Shown: positions 26,399-35,037 of the stretch, in pieces
Numbering within the stretch: the stretch's first letter is position 1
Layout: every line of letters starts with the position of its first letter
Origin: Alphaproteobacteria bacterium
Lineage (GTDB): Bacteria; Pseudomonadota; Alphaproteobacteria; CAAHEQ01; UBA3637
NCBI GenBank assembly: GCA_017412085.1
Contig: JAFPYS010000004.1
Location: 2,671 to 66,670, forward strand
DNA length: 64,000 nucleotides
Direction: 5' to 3'
The notes under the pieces: model-generated
Databases searched by the model: none
What the model was told of the DNA's origin: nothing
The model's input: the letters and a program-made list of their open reading frames with translations, nothing else
Program-made: the position numbers and the translations under genes

Positions 26399-27001
26399 AT
26401 GACAGATTTTCAAGCTCCACCACCACCACCATCAAATGGTTTTGTGCCACCCCAACCGATGCCGGAACAACAGGCAGAACCTGTTGATACGTCTGTGCCA
26501 CCAGTTGCGCCCGCTCCAGTTGAAGAAGAACATCCTGAAGAAACCGTAGACAATGGGAATAATGCGGCGATAAATAAATTTGTAGCACAAAAGGAAATGT
26601 TGAAGGAACGGTTTAATGCTTTGCCAAGCGGCAAAAGAAATATTATTGTAGCCGCGGGTATATTTGTGGTCGGTTTATTGATGGGTGCCATTTTGTTTGG
26701 GGGTTCATCAGATGAGCCGGTTGTACAAGCCCCAAGAGGTTTGCAAGGAGTTGTATTAAACCCGGATATTAAAGAGAACGAGCAATTAAAACGGTGTGGA
26801 CAGGTAGATCCATCTAGCCCATGTGTTTTATACATTATGAATAGCTATACGTATGATAAAATGGCTAAGGATTTCTTTGAAACGGCCGTTGCTGTGACGC
26901 GCCGAAAAGATTTGGTTATCCAAATGGATAATGTGCGTTATGCTCAAATGCGTATCCCACCAGGTTATTTCGCACAAATCAAAATTCCGGCTTATAAGTA
27001 A
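26399..27001 (+). CDS. bitopic membrane protein with Pro-rich N-terminus
   Basis: Starts 1 nt after the upstream stop. MTDFQAPPPPPSNGFVPPQP.., a single TM IIVAAGIFVVGLLMGAILFGG, and a ~100-aa C-terminal domain. Confidence 0.5.
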   Translation: MTDFQAPPPPPSNGFVPPQPMPEQQAEPVDTSVPPVAPAPVEEEHPEETVDNGNNAAINKFVAQKEMLKERFNALPSGKRNIIVAAGIFVVGLLMGAILFGGSSDEPVVQAPRGLQGVVLNPDIKENEQLKRCGQVDPSSPCVLYIMNSYTYDKMAKDFFETAVAVTRRKDLVIQMDNVRYAQMRIPPGYFAQIKIPAYK

Positions 27002-27007
27002 GAAAAA

Positions 27008-27035
27008 ATCCCCGATCAATCTGTCGGGGATTTTT
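27008..27035. terminator. bidirectional hairpin terminator between convergent genes
   Basis: ATCCCCGA (27008-27015) pairs with TCGGGGAT (27024-27031). An A-run precedes it and a T-run follows. It overlaps the last codons of rimI. Confidence 0.6.
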
Positions 27036-27456
27036 CCCAAGTAAAGCAAAGTGCATCAAATGTTTGATTGCCTTCGTGATAGTAGTTTTTTCGGCATCCT
27101 GTTTGTACAAATCCGGCTTTAAGGTACAATGAAATGGCGGGGGTATTAGTGGACTTAACCTCCAAAAAAATACGATGTTTATGATTTTGAGTGGCCAAAG
27201 TTTGTAAATCCGTCAACAGTGCTGAAGCCAAGCCTTTTCGCCTGTGATCAGGATGCACTGCCAAAGTCAAGATTTCAAAATCTTCGCCTAAATCTGAACA
27301 CAAAATAAAGGCCTTTTCATCTCCGAGACCAAAGGTAGTGGGTAGATTTAAGATCTTTGTAAAATTATCACAGGACCATGGCTGTGCGAAGCAAAGCGCA
27401 TGTAGGGCGGATAAAGGTTTGGCATAGGAAGGTCCTTTAAATGGTAACATCGGCAT
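27016..27456 (-). CDS. rimI: ribosomal-protein-alanine N-acetyltransferase
   Basis: GNAT motif LAVHPDHRRKGLASALL. About 146 aa. Overlaps tsaB in the classic tsaB-rimI arrangement. Confidence 0.8.
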   Translation of the reverse strand: MPMLPFKGPSYAKPLSALHALCFAQPWSCDNFTKILNLPTTFGLGDEKAFILCSDLGEDFEILTLAVHPDHRRKGLASALLTDLQTLATQNHKHRIFLEVKSTNTPAISLYLKAGFVQTGCRKNYYHEGNQTFDALCFTWEKSPTD

Positions 27457-28060
27457 CTCTTAAATAAAGGGGGTGTGGTTCGGTTGTTTTTTCGGGGCAA
27501 TACAGTGCAATCTGTGCCGCAGAAAGGGCTAAATCTTGTATGGGGCAGATTGTTTTGCACCCAATTTTTTGTGCCAGTTGATCGGCCCCAGTACCACAAG
27601 CAGTAAATGGCAAATCCTTTTTTAGTTGCGCACTTGTTTTAAGAGAGGGTTTGTCTTTGGCGGTACCTTTAGCATCAAAACTTTGAACAAAATAATCATC
27701 GCGTTTGCTGTCCAAAACGATTATAACATCTTTCTTTAAACCATGAACCGTGGCTGTGAAATTGTCTATTCCTAACACAGGAATATTGAGAGCTAATCCT
27801 AACCCTTGGGCGGTGGCAAGACCAATGCGCACGCCGGTGAAAGATCCTGGGCCAATTGTGACAGCAATGTGGGTTAAATCTTTTGGGGCTTTTTCCATTT
27901 GTTGAAGGACATCTTGAATCATACTCATTAAAGCCTCTCCTTGCCCGCGTGCAGCGGTCATGTGAGAAACGGCAAAAGAGTCATTTTCTGTGCATAACGC
28001 GACAGATGTTTCGTCGGAAGCTGTATCAATGGCCAAGCATAACTTTTGTTGTTTTGTCAT
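27437..28060 (-). CDS. tsaB: tRNA t6A biosynthesis protein TsaB
   Basis: CLAIDTASDETSVAL.. and IAVTIGPGSFTGVRIGLATAQGL are typical of TsaB/YeaZ. Confidence 0.85.
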   Translation of the reverse strand: MTKQQKLCLAIDTASDETSVALCTENDSFAVSHMTAARGQGEALMSMIQDVLQQMEKAPKDLTHIAVTIGPGSFTGVRIGLATAQGLGLALNIPVLGIDNFTATVHGLKKDVIIVLDSKRDDYFVQSFDAKGTAKDKPSLKTSAQLKKDLPFTACGTGADQLAQKIGCKTICPIQDLALSAAQIALYCPEKTTEPHPLYLRDADVTI

Positions 28061-28105
28061 GCGTTCAGTATATTCTTTTTACAAATAAAAAGCAAGAGTG
28101 AAATC

Positions 28106-28134
28106 TTGACATTTACTTTAAAGTATGATATAAT
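28106..28134 (+). promoter_or_regulatory. consensus sigma70 promoter
   Basis: TTGACA (28106-28111), 17-nt spacer, TATAAT (28129-28134), upstream of the ORF starting at 28166. Confidence 0.65.
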
Positions 28135-28165
28135 CCCGACACTTTTTCGTGAAAACAGAGGATTG

Positions 28166-28594
28166 ATGATGAAACAAAAGAAAGTGGCTATTAAAATGTT
28201 GTCTGTAAAGGGACATCAATTGTATGAAAATACCATTCATACGCAGGGAACAGATCGTGCGATTGAGATTTTGTATAATATGCGCCGTAATCCTGCTGCT
28301 CAAATGGTTGGTTTTATTGATGAAACTGGCAGAAAACACGTTGTCGGGAATGTTTTGCCTGCTGCAAAATTAGATGCACTGCACCATAGTCCCAATGTGT
28401 CAACATGGGATCATTTGACCCTGGGAATGATGAAGTATAAGACAGAACAAGATCCATCGATGCACGTTGTTCAAGTAAATAGTCGCGATCCGATATATGT
28501 GTTGATCGAAAAAGGGGATATCGTGATGGATCCATTGATGAATCAGATTTTTCCACCCGTTGTTACCCAAACGGTTGCAAAGGGTAGAGAATAA
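28166..28594 (+). CDS. hypothetical protein (142 aa)
   Basis: RBS AGAGGA before ATGATG at 28166, downstream of a consensus promoter. The track start at 28046 would overlap tsaB and precede the promoter. Confidence 0.5.
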   Translation: MMKQKKVAIKMLSVKGHQLYENTIHTQGTDRAIEILYNMRRNPAAQMVGFIDETGRKHVVGNVLPAAKLDALHHSPNVSTWDHLTLGMMKYKTEQDPSMHVVQVNSRDPIYVLIEKGDIVMDPLMNQIFPPVVTQTVAKGRE

Positions 28595-28642
28595 AAAAAG
28601 TTCTTGCACTTTTTGTATTTCTGTGTTAGAATGCATCCAGTT

Positions 28643-28718
28643 GCCGATTTAGCTCAGTTGGTAGAGCAACTGATTTGTAATCAGTAGGTCGTTAGTTCGA
28701 ATCTGACAATCGGCACCA
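28643..28718 (+). tRNA. tRNA-Thr (anticodon UGU)
   Basis: GCCGATT TA GCTC AGTTGGT AGAGC A ACTGA TTTGTAA TCAGT AGGTC GTTAG TTCGAAT CTGAC AATCGGC A CCA. 76 nt. Confidence 0.92.
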
Positions 28719-28754
28719 TTTTTATTTCTGGAGCGTGGCGAATCTGGAAATTAG

Positions 28755-28783
28755 TTGACAAAAATCGAATTTTGTGATATAAT
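28755..28783 (+). promoter_or_regulatory. consensus extended -10 sigma70 promoter
   Basis: TTGACA (28755-28760), 17-nt spacer ending TGA, TATAAT (28778-28783). Confidence 0.65.
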
Positions 28784-28811
28784 GGGAGCACACTAACGAA
28801 AGGAGTGTCCT

Positions 28812-29306
28812 ATGTCAAAGAATATCCATAAAGAAAATATTTTGAAACTTGTTCAATATAACGCTGTTAAAAAATTTGATACAATTTCTAATATCTATCG
28901 TGAACAATTGGCGGATGATAAGCGTGGTCCAACACCACAAGAAGTGCAATTGGCACGTTGGTCTGCTGGTTTATCTTTGAAGGCCTTTGAAAAGGCTTTA
29001 ACAACCTATGTTGGCCCAGAAATGACAACTCCGGATACCTCTTTGACACCCGAAGAACGTGCAACATATGTTAAAGGCAATATGGTTTCTACGTTGCAGG
29101 GTGCTGATTTGGTAGGGTTAGCTAAAGAAAAAGCCGCGATGAAAACGCCTGAAGATGAAAAACGTTATGTTGAGGAACAAGCCCAACGTATGATGACTGG
29201 TTGGGATCTTGCAGATAAGTTTCGTCAAAAGGATCCTGCCAGAGCTGAAGCTGGTGTTCAACGGTTGATGAAAGCTGCCGCAGAACGTGCCGCTAGAGGC
29301 GAATAA
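28812..29306 (+). CDS. hypothetical helical protein (164 aa), distant paralog of the next gene
   Basis: RBS AAGGAG. KAFEKALTTYVGPEM and MMTGWDLADKF align with KATQQALASYAAPWM and LMVTWGNEDKAY in the downstream ORF. Confidence 0.5.
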   Translation: MSKNIHKENILKLVQYNAVKKFDTISNIYREQLADDKRGPTPQEVQLARWSAGLSLKAFEKALTTYVGPEMTTPDTSLTPEERATYVKGNMVSTLQGADLVGLAKEKAAMKTPEDEKRYVEEQAQRMMTGWDLADKFRQKDPARAEAGVQRLMKAAAERAARGE

Positions 29307-29334
29307 TTATTATAAACAAAAGAAAGGATATAGA

Positions 29335-29784
29335 ATGAGCGAAAATCGTAAAAATGCAATATATAGACATGCTCAGTACTTGAATCTAGGAATCAAAGAT
29401 TCCAAAGAATGGAAAACAAAAGAGGATCGTCTTGCAACGAAGGAAGAAGTTGCCGCAGGTATGAAAGAGGCGGAAGTTTATGTGAAAGCAACCCAACAAG
29501 CGTTGGCATCGTATGCGGCACCATGGATGGATAAAGCATATGGCGCATTAGATAAGGAAACAGAGGGCCTTTTGTTGCGTGGTTGGGCGCAAGGGATTGT
29601 GCGTGCCCATACTGGGATGGATCTTCAAGAAATGATATTCCGTCAAGAAAATATGTCTCAAAGACAATGGGATGCTCGTATTGAATCCGAAAAGAATAAA
29701 TTGATGGTGACATGGGGCAATGAAGATAAGGCGTATCTGGCAGAACAAGCACGTTTGCGTGCCGCCCGTACTGCTTCTAAATAA
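29335..29784 (+). CDS. hypothetical helical protein (149 aa), distant paralog of the previous gene
   Basis: RBS AAAGGA before the ATG at 29335. See the paralogy motifs above. Confidence 0.5.
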   Translation: MSENRKNAIYRHAQYLNLGIKDSKEWKTKEDRLATKEEVAAGMKEAEVYVKATQQALASYAAPWMDKAYGALDKETEGLLLRGWAQGIVRAHTGMDLQEMIFRQENMSQRQWDARIESEKNKLMVTWGNEDKAYLAEQARLRAARTASK

Positions 29785-29802
29785 CAAATAAAACCTTAAA
29801 AA

Positions 29803-29836
29803 ACACCTCGGAAATAAACTTTCGGGGTGTTTTTAT
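29803..29836 (+). terminator. rho-independent terminator
   Basis: ACACCTCG (29803-29810) pairs with CGGGGTGT (29823-29830) with one G:U, followed by TTTTT. Confidence 0.65.
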
Positions 29837-29897
29837 TTGTGCTTGATTTTTTTGTTTTTTTTCGCTATCATACCTTCATATTGCAAGGAGTAATAAA

Positions 29898-31196
29898 ATG
29901 ACAACACCATTGATCAAACCAGCCACGATTACGGGCTTTCCGGAATATTTGCCAGAAGAGCGTATTTTGGAACAACAAATGTTGGATAAAATTCGGGCTG
30001 TGTTTGAAAGTCATGGTTTTTGTTCCATTGAGACGCCAGTTGTGGAAAAATTGGAAGTTTTGTTGTCAAAAAGTGCGGACACGAACAAAGAAATGTACGT
30101 TTTGGGTCGCTTGCAAGCCGAAGAAAAAGAAGAAGCCAAGATGGGCCTTCGCTATGATTTAACAGTTCCTTTTGCACGGTATGTGGCACAACATGAAAAT
30201 GATTTGGTGTTTCCTTTTAAGCGTTATCAAATGCAACCTTGTTGGCGTGGTGAACGGCCTAAGTTAGGGCGTTATCGTCAATTTACACAATGTGACGTGG
30301 ACATTGTGGCGCGTGAAAAATTGGCGCTTGAATATGATGCTTTGATCCCAGCGGTTGTGTGCGAAGCATGGCGAAAGATTGGATTTGAAAATATTGTGTT
30401 GCAAATTTCTAACCGTAAAATTTTGGCCGGTTTTGCCGAAGGTTTAGGCATTGAGAAGGTTGGCGATACGTTACGTGTGCTGGATAAATTGAAGAAAATC
30501 GGCGCAGATGGTGTGCGTGAAATGTTGACGGATTTAGGGCTTTCTGTAAAGCAAATTGATGCTTGTTTAAAGATTGCTGAAATCAACACAGCTGATTTAT
30601 CTTTTGCGGACAAGGTGCGCGCGTTGGGTGTTGAAAATGAAACATTAGAGTTGGGACTTAATGAGTTGACAGAGTGCGTTAAATTATATGCGTCATTGTG
30701 CAAGGTGCCATATCGTGTGGATATGTCGCTTGTACGTGGATTTGATTATTATACCGGTACGACCTACGAGGTGCAATTGGTGGGCACTGATTTTGCGGAT
30801 TCCATCGGCGGTGGCGGCCGTTATGATAATTTGGCTTCCACGATGACCAAAAGCCGCTTGCCCGGCGTTGGCATGTCTATGGGCATTTCTCGTGCGTTGG
30901 GTGTGGCGTTGAAATTAGGGTTAATGAAAACTGGGGCAAAATCTCCAACAAAAGTATTAGTGGTGAATGTGGAAAACGCTGATAAATCTAAGATGCTAGC
31001 GGTGGCTGAAAAATTACGGGCACGCGGCATTAACACGGAAGTGTATTTAGAGGGCGGTAAATTGGCCAAACAGCTAAAGTATGCCAATGATAAGAAAATT
31101 CCATATGTGTGGTTTGATATTGACAATATGGTTAAAAACATGGAAACTGGAGATCAGGCTGTAGCAGATCCGAATAAATGGATGCCCGAAAAATAA
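29898..31196 (+). CDS. hisS: histidine--tRNA ligase
   Basis: Class II motifs FKRYQMQPCWRGERPKLGRYRQFTQCD and GGGGRYDNL, with a C-terminal anticodon-binding domain. Confidence 0.88.
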   Translation: MTTPLIKPATITGFPEYLPEERILEQQMLDKIRAVFESHGFCSIETPVVEKLEVLLSKSADTNKEMYVLGRLQAEEKEEAKMGLRYDLTVPFARYVAQHENDLVFPFKRYQMQPCWRGERPKLGRYRQFTQCDVDIVAREKLALEYDALIPAVVCEAWRKIGFENIVLQISNRKILAGFAEGLGIEKVGDTLRVLDKLKKIGADGVREMLTDLGLSVKQIDACLKIAEINTADLSFADKVRALGVENETLELGLNELTECVKLYASLCKVPYRVDMSLVRGFDYYTGTTYEVQLVGTDFADSIGGGGRYDNLASTMTKSRLPGVGMSMGISRALGVALKLGLMKTGAKSPTKVLVVNVENADKSKMLAVAEKLRARGINTEVYLEGGKLAKQLKYANDKKIPYVWFDIDNMVKNMETGDQAVADPNKWMPEK

Positions 31197-31206
31197 AGGA
31201 GGAAAT

Positions 31207-31740
31207 ATGAAATTTGTTGTGTGGATTATGAGTTTGTTGTTGTCAGTAAAAGCGTTTGCAAATCCCGCTTGTACGACGTTGTGTCCATTGATTGTGGGGG
31301 GCGGCTTGGCCATTGCTCAAAAAATGGGCGTGAAAGATGAAGTTGTTGGTGTTTTAGCTGGCGCTTTGTTGGCCATTTTTGGTTATTGGATGATCCGTTT
31401 TTGTGAAAAAAGAAATTGGAATTTTCCTGGACGTAATTTTATTTTGATGGCACTTTCTGTTGGATCCATCGGGTTTGTTTATGTGAATACGTTGCAATAT
31501 AATCCAGGTTTGCATTGGAATTTGCTTTATATTGATTCATTCTTGTTGGCCGCTTTGTGTGGTGCCGCTGCCCATATTGCGGGTGTCCATATTTATGCCT
31601 GGCTGAAAGAAAAAAATGGAGGACATGCACATTTCCCATTTGAAAAAGTTTTGATTCCAATTTTGTTAGATGGTATCGTTTGCTGGATTTTCTGGGGAAC
31701 GAATTTGTGTGATTGTCAGGAAATTTTAATCCTAAAATAG
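31207..31740 (+). CDS. hypothetical integral membrane protein
   Basis: Signal-like N-terminus and about 4 further TM segments. RBS AGGAGG. No family recognised. Confidence 0.5.
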   Translation: MKFVVWIMSLLLSVKAFANPACTTLCPLIVGGGLAIAQKMGVKDEVVGVLAGALLAIFGYWMIRFCEKRNWNFPGRNFILMALSVGSIGFVYVNTLQYNPGLHWNLLYIDSFLLAALCGAAAHIAGVHIYAWLKEKNGGHAHFPFEKVLIPILLDGIVCWIFWGTNLCDCQEILILK

Positions 31741-31762
31741 AGGCAATGAAGAAAGGGGAGAA

Positions 31763-32728
31763 ATGAAAGTAACGACAGAGTTTTGTTATGTGCTAAATGG
31801 CGATGGTCGTGCGAAGTTGACGACATTGCAGTCTATTTCTCACCAAACAAAGGAGCCCGTCTGGGTGCACATCGATTATGCCAACGAAAAGAATCAAGAG
31901 TGGTTGAAAAAACAAAAATTGTCTCCAGCTGTTTTGGAAAACTTGTTGGATTCGGATACAACACCACGTTATTTTAAAGAACGCAAAGGCATGTTGATCG
32001 TTTTACGCGGTGTTAATGCCGTTGCCAATGAAGAAGATGACATGATTGCCCTTCATATTTGGATGACTAAAAACAGGTTATTAACCTTATCGCATCGTGC
32101 TTTACCGACCATTGCAAAAATAGTTGAGGAATTTAAAAAAGGTAAGGGGCCTATGACCACAGAGGATTGTTTTGTGGAATTGGCAAGGCAAATGAATGGA
32201 CGCGTGGAAAAGGTGCTTGTGGAGATCAATGAAGAAGGCGATGAGTTAGAGGAGGCTGTTATTGCGGAAACTTCTTTTCGTGAAGACGCAAATTTGCGTA
32301 ACAGATTGAGTGTGCTGCGCCATAAAGTGGTTGGTCTAAGACGTTATTTGATTCCACAACGAGACATGATGAATAAGCTAGCTACAGAAGAAAATTTGTT
32401 TACACAAGAAAATATTCAACAATTACAGGAAGTGTCGCGCGATTTGTCGGCCATTGTGTCAGAATTGGATTTTGCGCGAGATCATTCGGCGGTTACACAA
32501 GAAGAATTGGATTCGCAAACAAATATAGAAATGAGCCGCACAATGTACCTAATGAGCTTGATCATGGTTGTCTTTACGCCACTTACCTTTATTACGGGTT
32601 TATTGGGCGCCAATGTGGGAGGTATTCCATTCGGAGAACATCCCTATGGATTTTTGGCAATTACAATTATTTTGATTGTGATTGCTATTATACAGGCAAT
32701 AATTTTGAAAAAAGTACACTGGTTTTAA
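31763..32728 (+). CDS. zntB: CorA-superfamily divalent cation transporter (ZntB-like)
   Basis: Two C-terminal TMs bracketing LLGANVGGIPF, a GxN motif of the ZntB type. The N-terminal cytoplasmic domain is acidic. Confidence 0.7.
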   Translation: MKVTTEFCYVLNGDGRAKLTTLQSISHQTKEPVWVHIDYANEKNQEWLKKQKLSPAVLENLLDSDTTPRYFKERKGMLIVLRGVNAVANEEDDMIALHIWMTKNRLLTLSHRALPTIAKIVEEFKKGKGPMTTEDCFVELARQMNGRVEKVLVEINEEGDELEEAVIAETSFREDANLRNRLSVLRHKVVGLRRYLIPQRDMMNKLATEENLFTQENIQQLQEVSRDLSAIVSELDFARDHSAVTQEELDSQTNIEMSRTMYLMSLIMVVFTPLTFITGLLGANVGGIPFGEHPYGFLAITIILIVIAIIQAIILKKVHWF

Positions 32729-32729
32729 A

Positions 32730-33380
32730 TTACCAATTGTTGCATACCGCGGTAGTGGCTTGATACATTTCGGGTGTATCAATGGCTGCATTTTTTTCAT
32801 CCAGCTTTGCTTTGATATGGTCAAGAACAGGTTGAAGAGCAGACGCGATTGTTGCGGTGTATTTTGAGACGGCCGGTTTTATCTCACCACGATTATAAAC
32901 AATCTTAGGGGATAAATTCATTACCGTATCTGTTACAACTTTTTCGACATCTTTTTTAAAAAATGCAAGGGCTTGCGATGCAACGGCGACATGATAATCT
33001 TCATGTTCTTTTATAGTTTGATATTCACAGCTTGAAGGGACATATTTTTTGTCAATATAAACAAGCAGTGTCGGATAATTCATTTCAATCGTAACATCAG
33101 ATAAAGTAACACAAATTTGTTCAAGTTGTTGAGTTAGTTTGGGCTTAACTTCAATCGTGACATCCGGTTTCGCGACTGTTAAACCGAGCGTATAGGGTGA
33201 AAAGTTAGCCTGTGTCATTTTTAAAAATTGTTCTTTTGAATATTGGGTAACATATTTAGGATTGCCAGGTCGAGTTTTGACTTGAATACGGGTGCTCATC
33301 CTTGTGCAAAAAGGTGTTGCATTTTGAGCAAAAACAGGCAATACTAAAAAGCAGAATAAAAATATCAATAACTTTCTCAT
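32730..33380 (-). CDS. secreted HExxH protein (DUF922-like putative Zn protease)
   Basis: Signal peptide MRKLLIFLFCFLVLPVFA/Q and motif KEHEDYHVAV. The size fits DUF922. The track start at 33443 would overlap the xthA start. Confidence 0.45.
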   Translation of the reverse strand: MRKLLIFLFCFLVLPVFAQNATPFCTRMSTRIQVKTRPGNPKYVTQYSKEQFLKMTQANFSPYTLGLTVAKPDVTIEVKPKLTQQLEQICVTLSDVTIEMNYPTLLVYIDKKYVPSSCEYQTIKEHEDYHVAVASQALAFFKKDVEKVVTDTVMNLSPKIVYNRGEIKPAVSKYTATIASALQPVLDHIKAKLDEKNAAIDTPEMYQATTAVCNNW

Positions 33381-33409
33381 ACTTTCACTATAACACAGGA
33401 AAAAAGAAA

Positions 33410-34195
33410 ATGCAAAAAATAATTTCATGGAATGTGGCATCAATTAGAGCGAGGATGTTGGCCCTTGAAAAATTGTTGGCCCAGGAAAATCCTGATATTG
33501 TATGTTTGCAGGAAATTAAATCAGAAGAAAATAATTTCCCATTTTTTGAATTAAAAACGCTGGGATATGAAGCGGTTATTAATGGGCAAAAATCATATAA
33601 TGGAGTGGCTATTTTATCAAAAGAAAAACTAATAAATATTAACACGAAATTGATGGACGAAGAGGTACCGCAGGCCAGGTTTATTGAGGCCCAAATGTCC
33701 GATGGGACGGTGGTTATTTCTGTATATGTTCCCAATGGTAATCCACCCGAGAAAGATCCAGAGGATAAGACAAGATTGGCATATAAATTAAAGTGGATGA
33801 ATGCTCTGAATAAACACATAAAACAGTTACTATCCGCTGGTAATAAAGTCATTTTGGGCGGTGATTTCAATGTCATTGAGCGAGATACGGATGTGTATAA
33901 TCCAGACTTGTTTCGTGATAATGCCTTGATGTTGCCCGAGGTTCGGGAAGTTTATGGTGAATTGACGTCACTACCGATTACAAACGCAATCAGATTAAAA
34001 AATCCAGAACCTAACACATATTCTTTTTGGGATTTTCAGATGGGTGCTTGGCCGAGAAATAAAGGAATTTTGTTGGATGCATTATTTATAAATAGTGACC
34101 GAGAGAAGATGATTGAATCTGCTGGCGTTTATAAAGAAGTGCGCGGATGGGATAAAACTTCTGATCATGCCCCCATTTATTTGGCGCTTAAATGA
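33410..34195 (+). CDS. xthA: exodeoxyribonuclease III
   Basis: IISWNVASIRAR, CLQEIK, GGDFNV and TSDHAPI motifs of the EEP/ExoIII family. Confidence 0.88.
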   Translation: MQKIISWNVASIRARMLALEKLLAQENPDIVCLQEIKSEENNFPFFELKTLGYEAVINGQKSYNGVAILSKEKLININTKLMDEEVPQARFIEAQMSDGTVVISVYVPNGNPPEKDPEDKTRLAYKLKWMNALNKHIKQLLSAGNKVILGGDFNVIERDTDVYNPDLFRDNALMLPEVREVYGELTSLPITNAIRLKNPEPNTYSFWDFQMGAWPRNKGILLDALFINSDREKMIESAGVYKEVRGWDKTSDHAPIYLALK

Positions 34196-34458
34196 CCCAG
34201 CGTGTTGGATAATTGTTCTTGTGTTAATCCTTGTATTTCTATTGTTTTGCAACGGTTGGTTTGCCCCGACACAATCACCACGAATCGTTTTGGCACCTTA
34301 AGATAATCAGATAAAAAGTCTATTAAAGCTTCGTTTGCTTTGCCATCGACGGCCGGCGCATGAAGTGCTATTTTATAATGCGTTCCATTCCAAACGCCGG
34401 CCCATTCAGAACGTTTGGCATTTGGTTGAACGCGAATCTGAAGACGACATTTATTCAT
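34177..34458 (-). CDS. DUF167 (YggU-like) protein
   Basis: RLQIRVQPNAKRSEW..ALHAPAVDGKANEALIDFLSDYLKV is typical of DUF167. The track start at 34494 is also possible. Confidence 0.7.
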   Translation of the reverse strand: MNKCRLQIRVQPNAKRSEWAGVWNGTHYKIALHAPAVDGKANEALIDFLSDYLKVPKRFVVIVSGQTNRCKTIEIQGLTQEQLSNTLGHLSAK

Positions 34459-35026
34459 GTGGTGGCAACAAAAGGTTCTCGTCTTGTTTTTCAATCAGAC
34501 CTTGTGCCTCTTTTAACTGATAAATTTCTTCTCTTAATGAAGCAATTTCTTGCTGTAACGAGATTAATTGTGGTTCCAGCTGTTTAGCCATTGCGATAGC
34601 GGTATCGTATGTTTGCGATTTTGCACGATATAAACGAAATGTACGAATAACCGCATAAATAACAGCGATAATCCACAACAGATTCAAACCCCACAAACAA
34701 AGTGTTTGCAATATATTGCTGGTCATTTCAAGGGTGTTTAATTTTGTGGCCGCTGAAAATTTAGAAAGCTGGGCAGATAGGTAATGCATAATAGCAGATG
34801 GGTTTGTTAAGGACGAATTGCTTTTCATTATTTCGGCAAAATGTTCCAACGAGGTAAGCCTATCTTGTGCTTGGTCAACACCAAAATGGGCCCGAATAAG
34901 GCGGGGCAGGACCGATTTGGCATGCCAACAAATACCCCACACGGGAAGCAACCAAACTAATTGCCACAACGCCGATGAAATGAGACGGCAAATGGGACGG
35001 GCAATAGCAACCAATTTTCTTTTCAT
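34451..35026 (-). CDS. hypothetical membrane protein with C-terminal coiled coil
   Basis: Two or three hydrophobic segments plus LISLQQEIASLREEIYQLKEAQ. No family recognised. Confidence 0.45.
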   Translation of the reverse strand: MKRKLVAIARPICRLISSALWQLVWLLPVWGICWHAKSVLPRLIRAHFGVDQAQDRLTSLEHFAEIMKSNSSLTNPSAIMHYLSAQLSKFSAATKLNTLEMTSNILQTLCLWGLNLLWIIAVIYAVIRTFRLYRAKSQTYDTAIAMAKQLEPQLISLQQEIASLREEIYQLKEAQGLIEKQDENLLLPPHE

Positions 35027-35037
35027 ATCTTATCCTT

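Noticed and set aside
16521-27001. Calling the 16.5-27 kb cluster a type IV secretion or type IV pilus system
   Set aside because: No VirB4/VirB11/VirD4, PilB/PilT-type ATPase, prepilin peptidase, VirB8-10 or true secretin C-domain is visible. It is reported only as a hypothesis-level resemblance in the findings.
4321-27035. Recurrent ATCCCC(N)GGGGAT hairpins (4321-4343, 8084-8107, 27008-27031) as a REP-like repeat family
   Set aside because: Only the 6-8-bp stems are similar. The loops and flanks differ, and each hairpin sits at a gene end with a T-run. They are best explained as ordinary intrinsic terminators.
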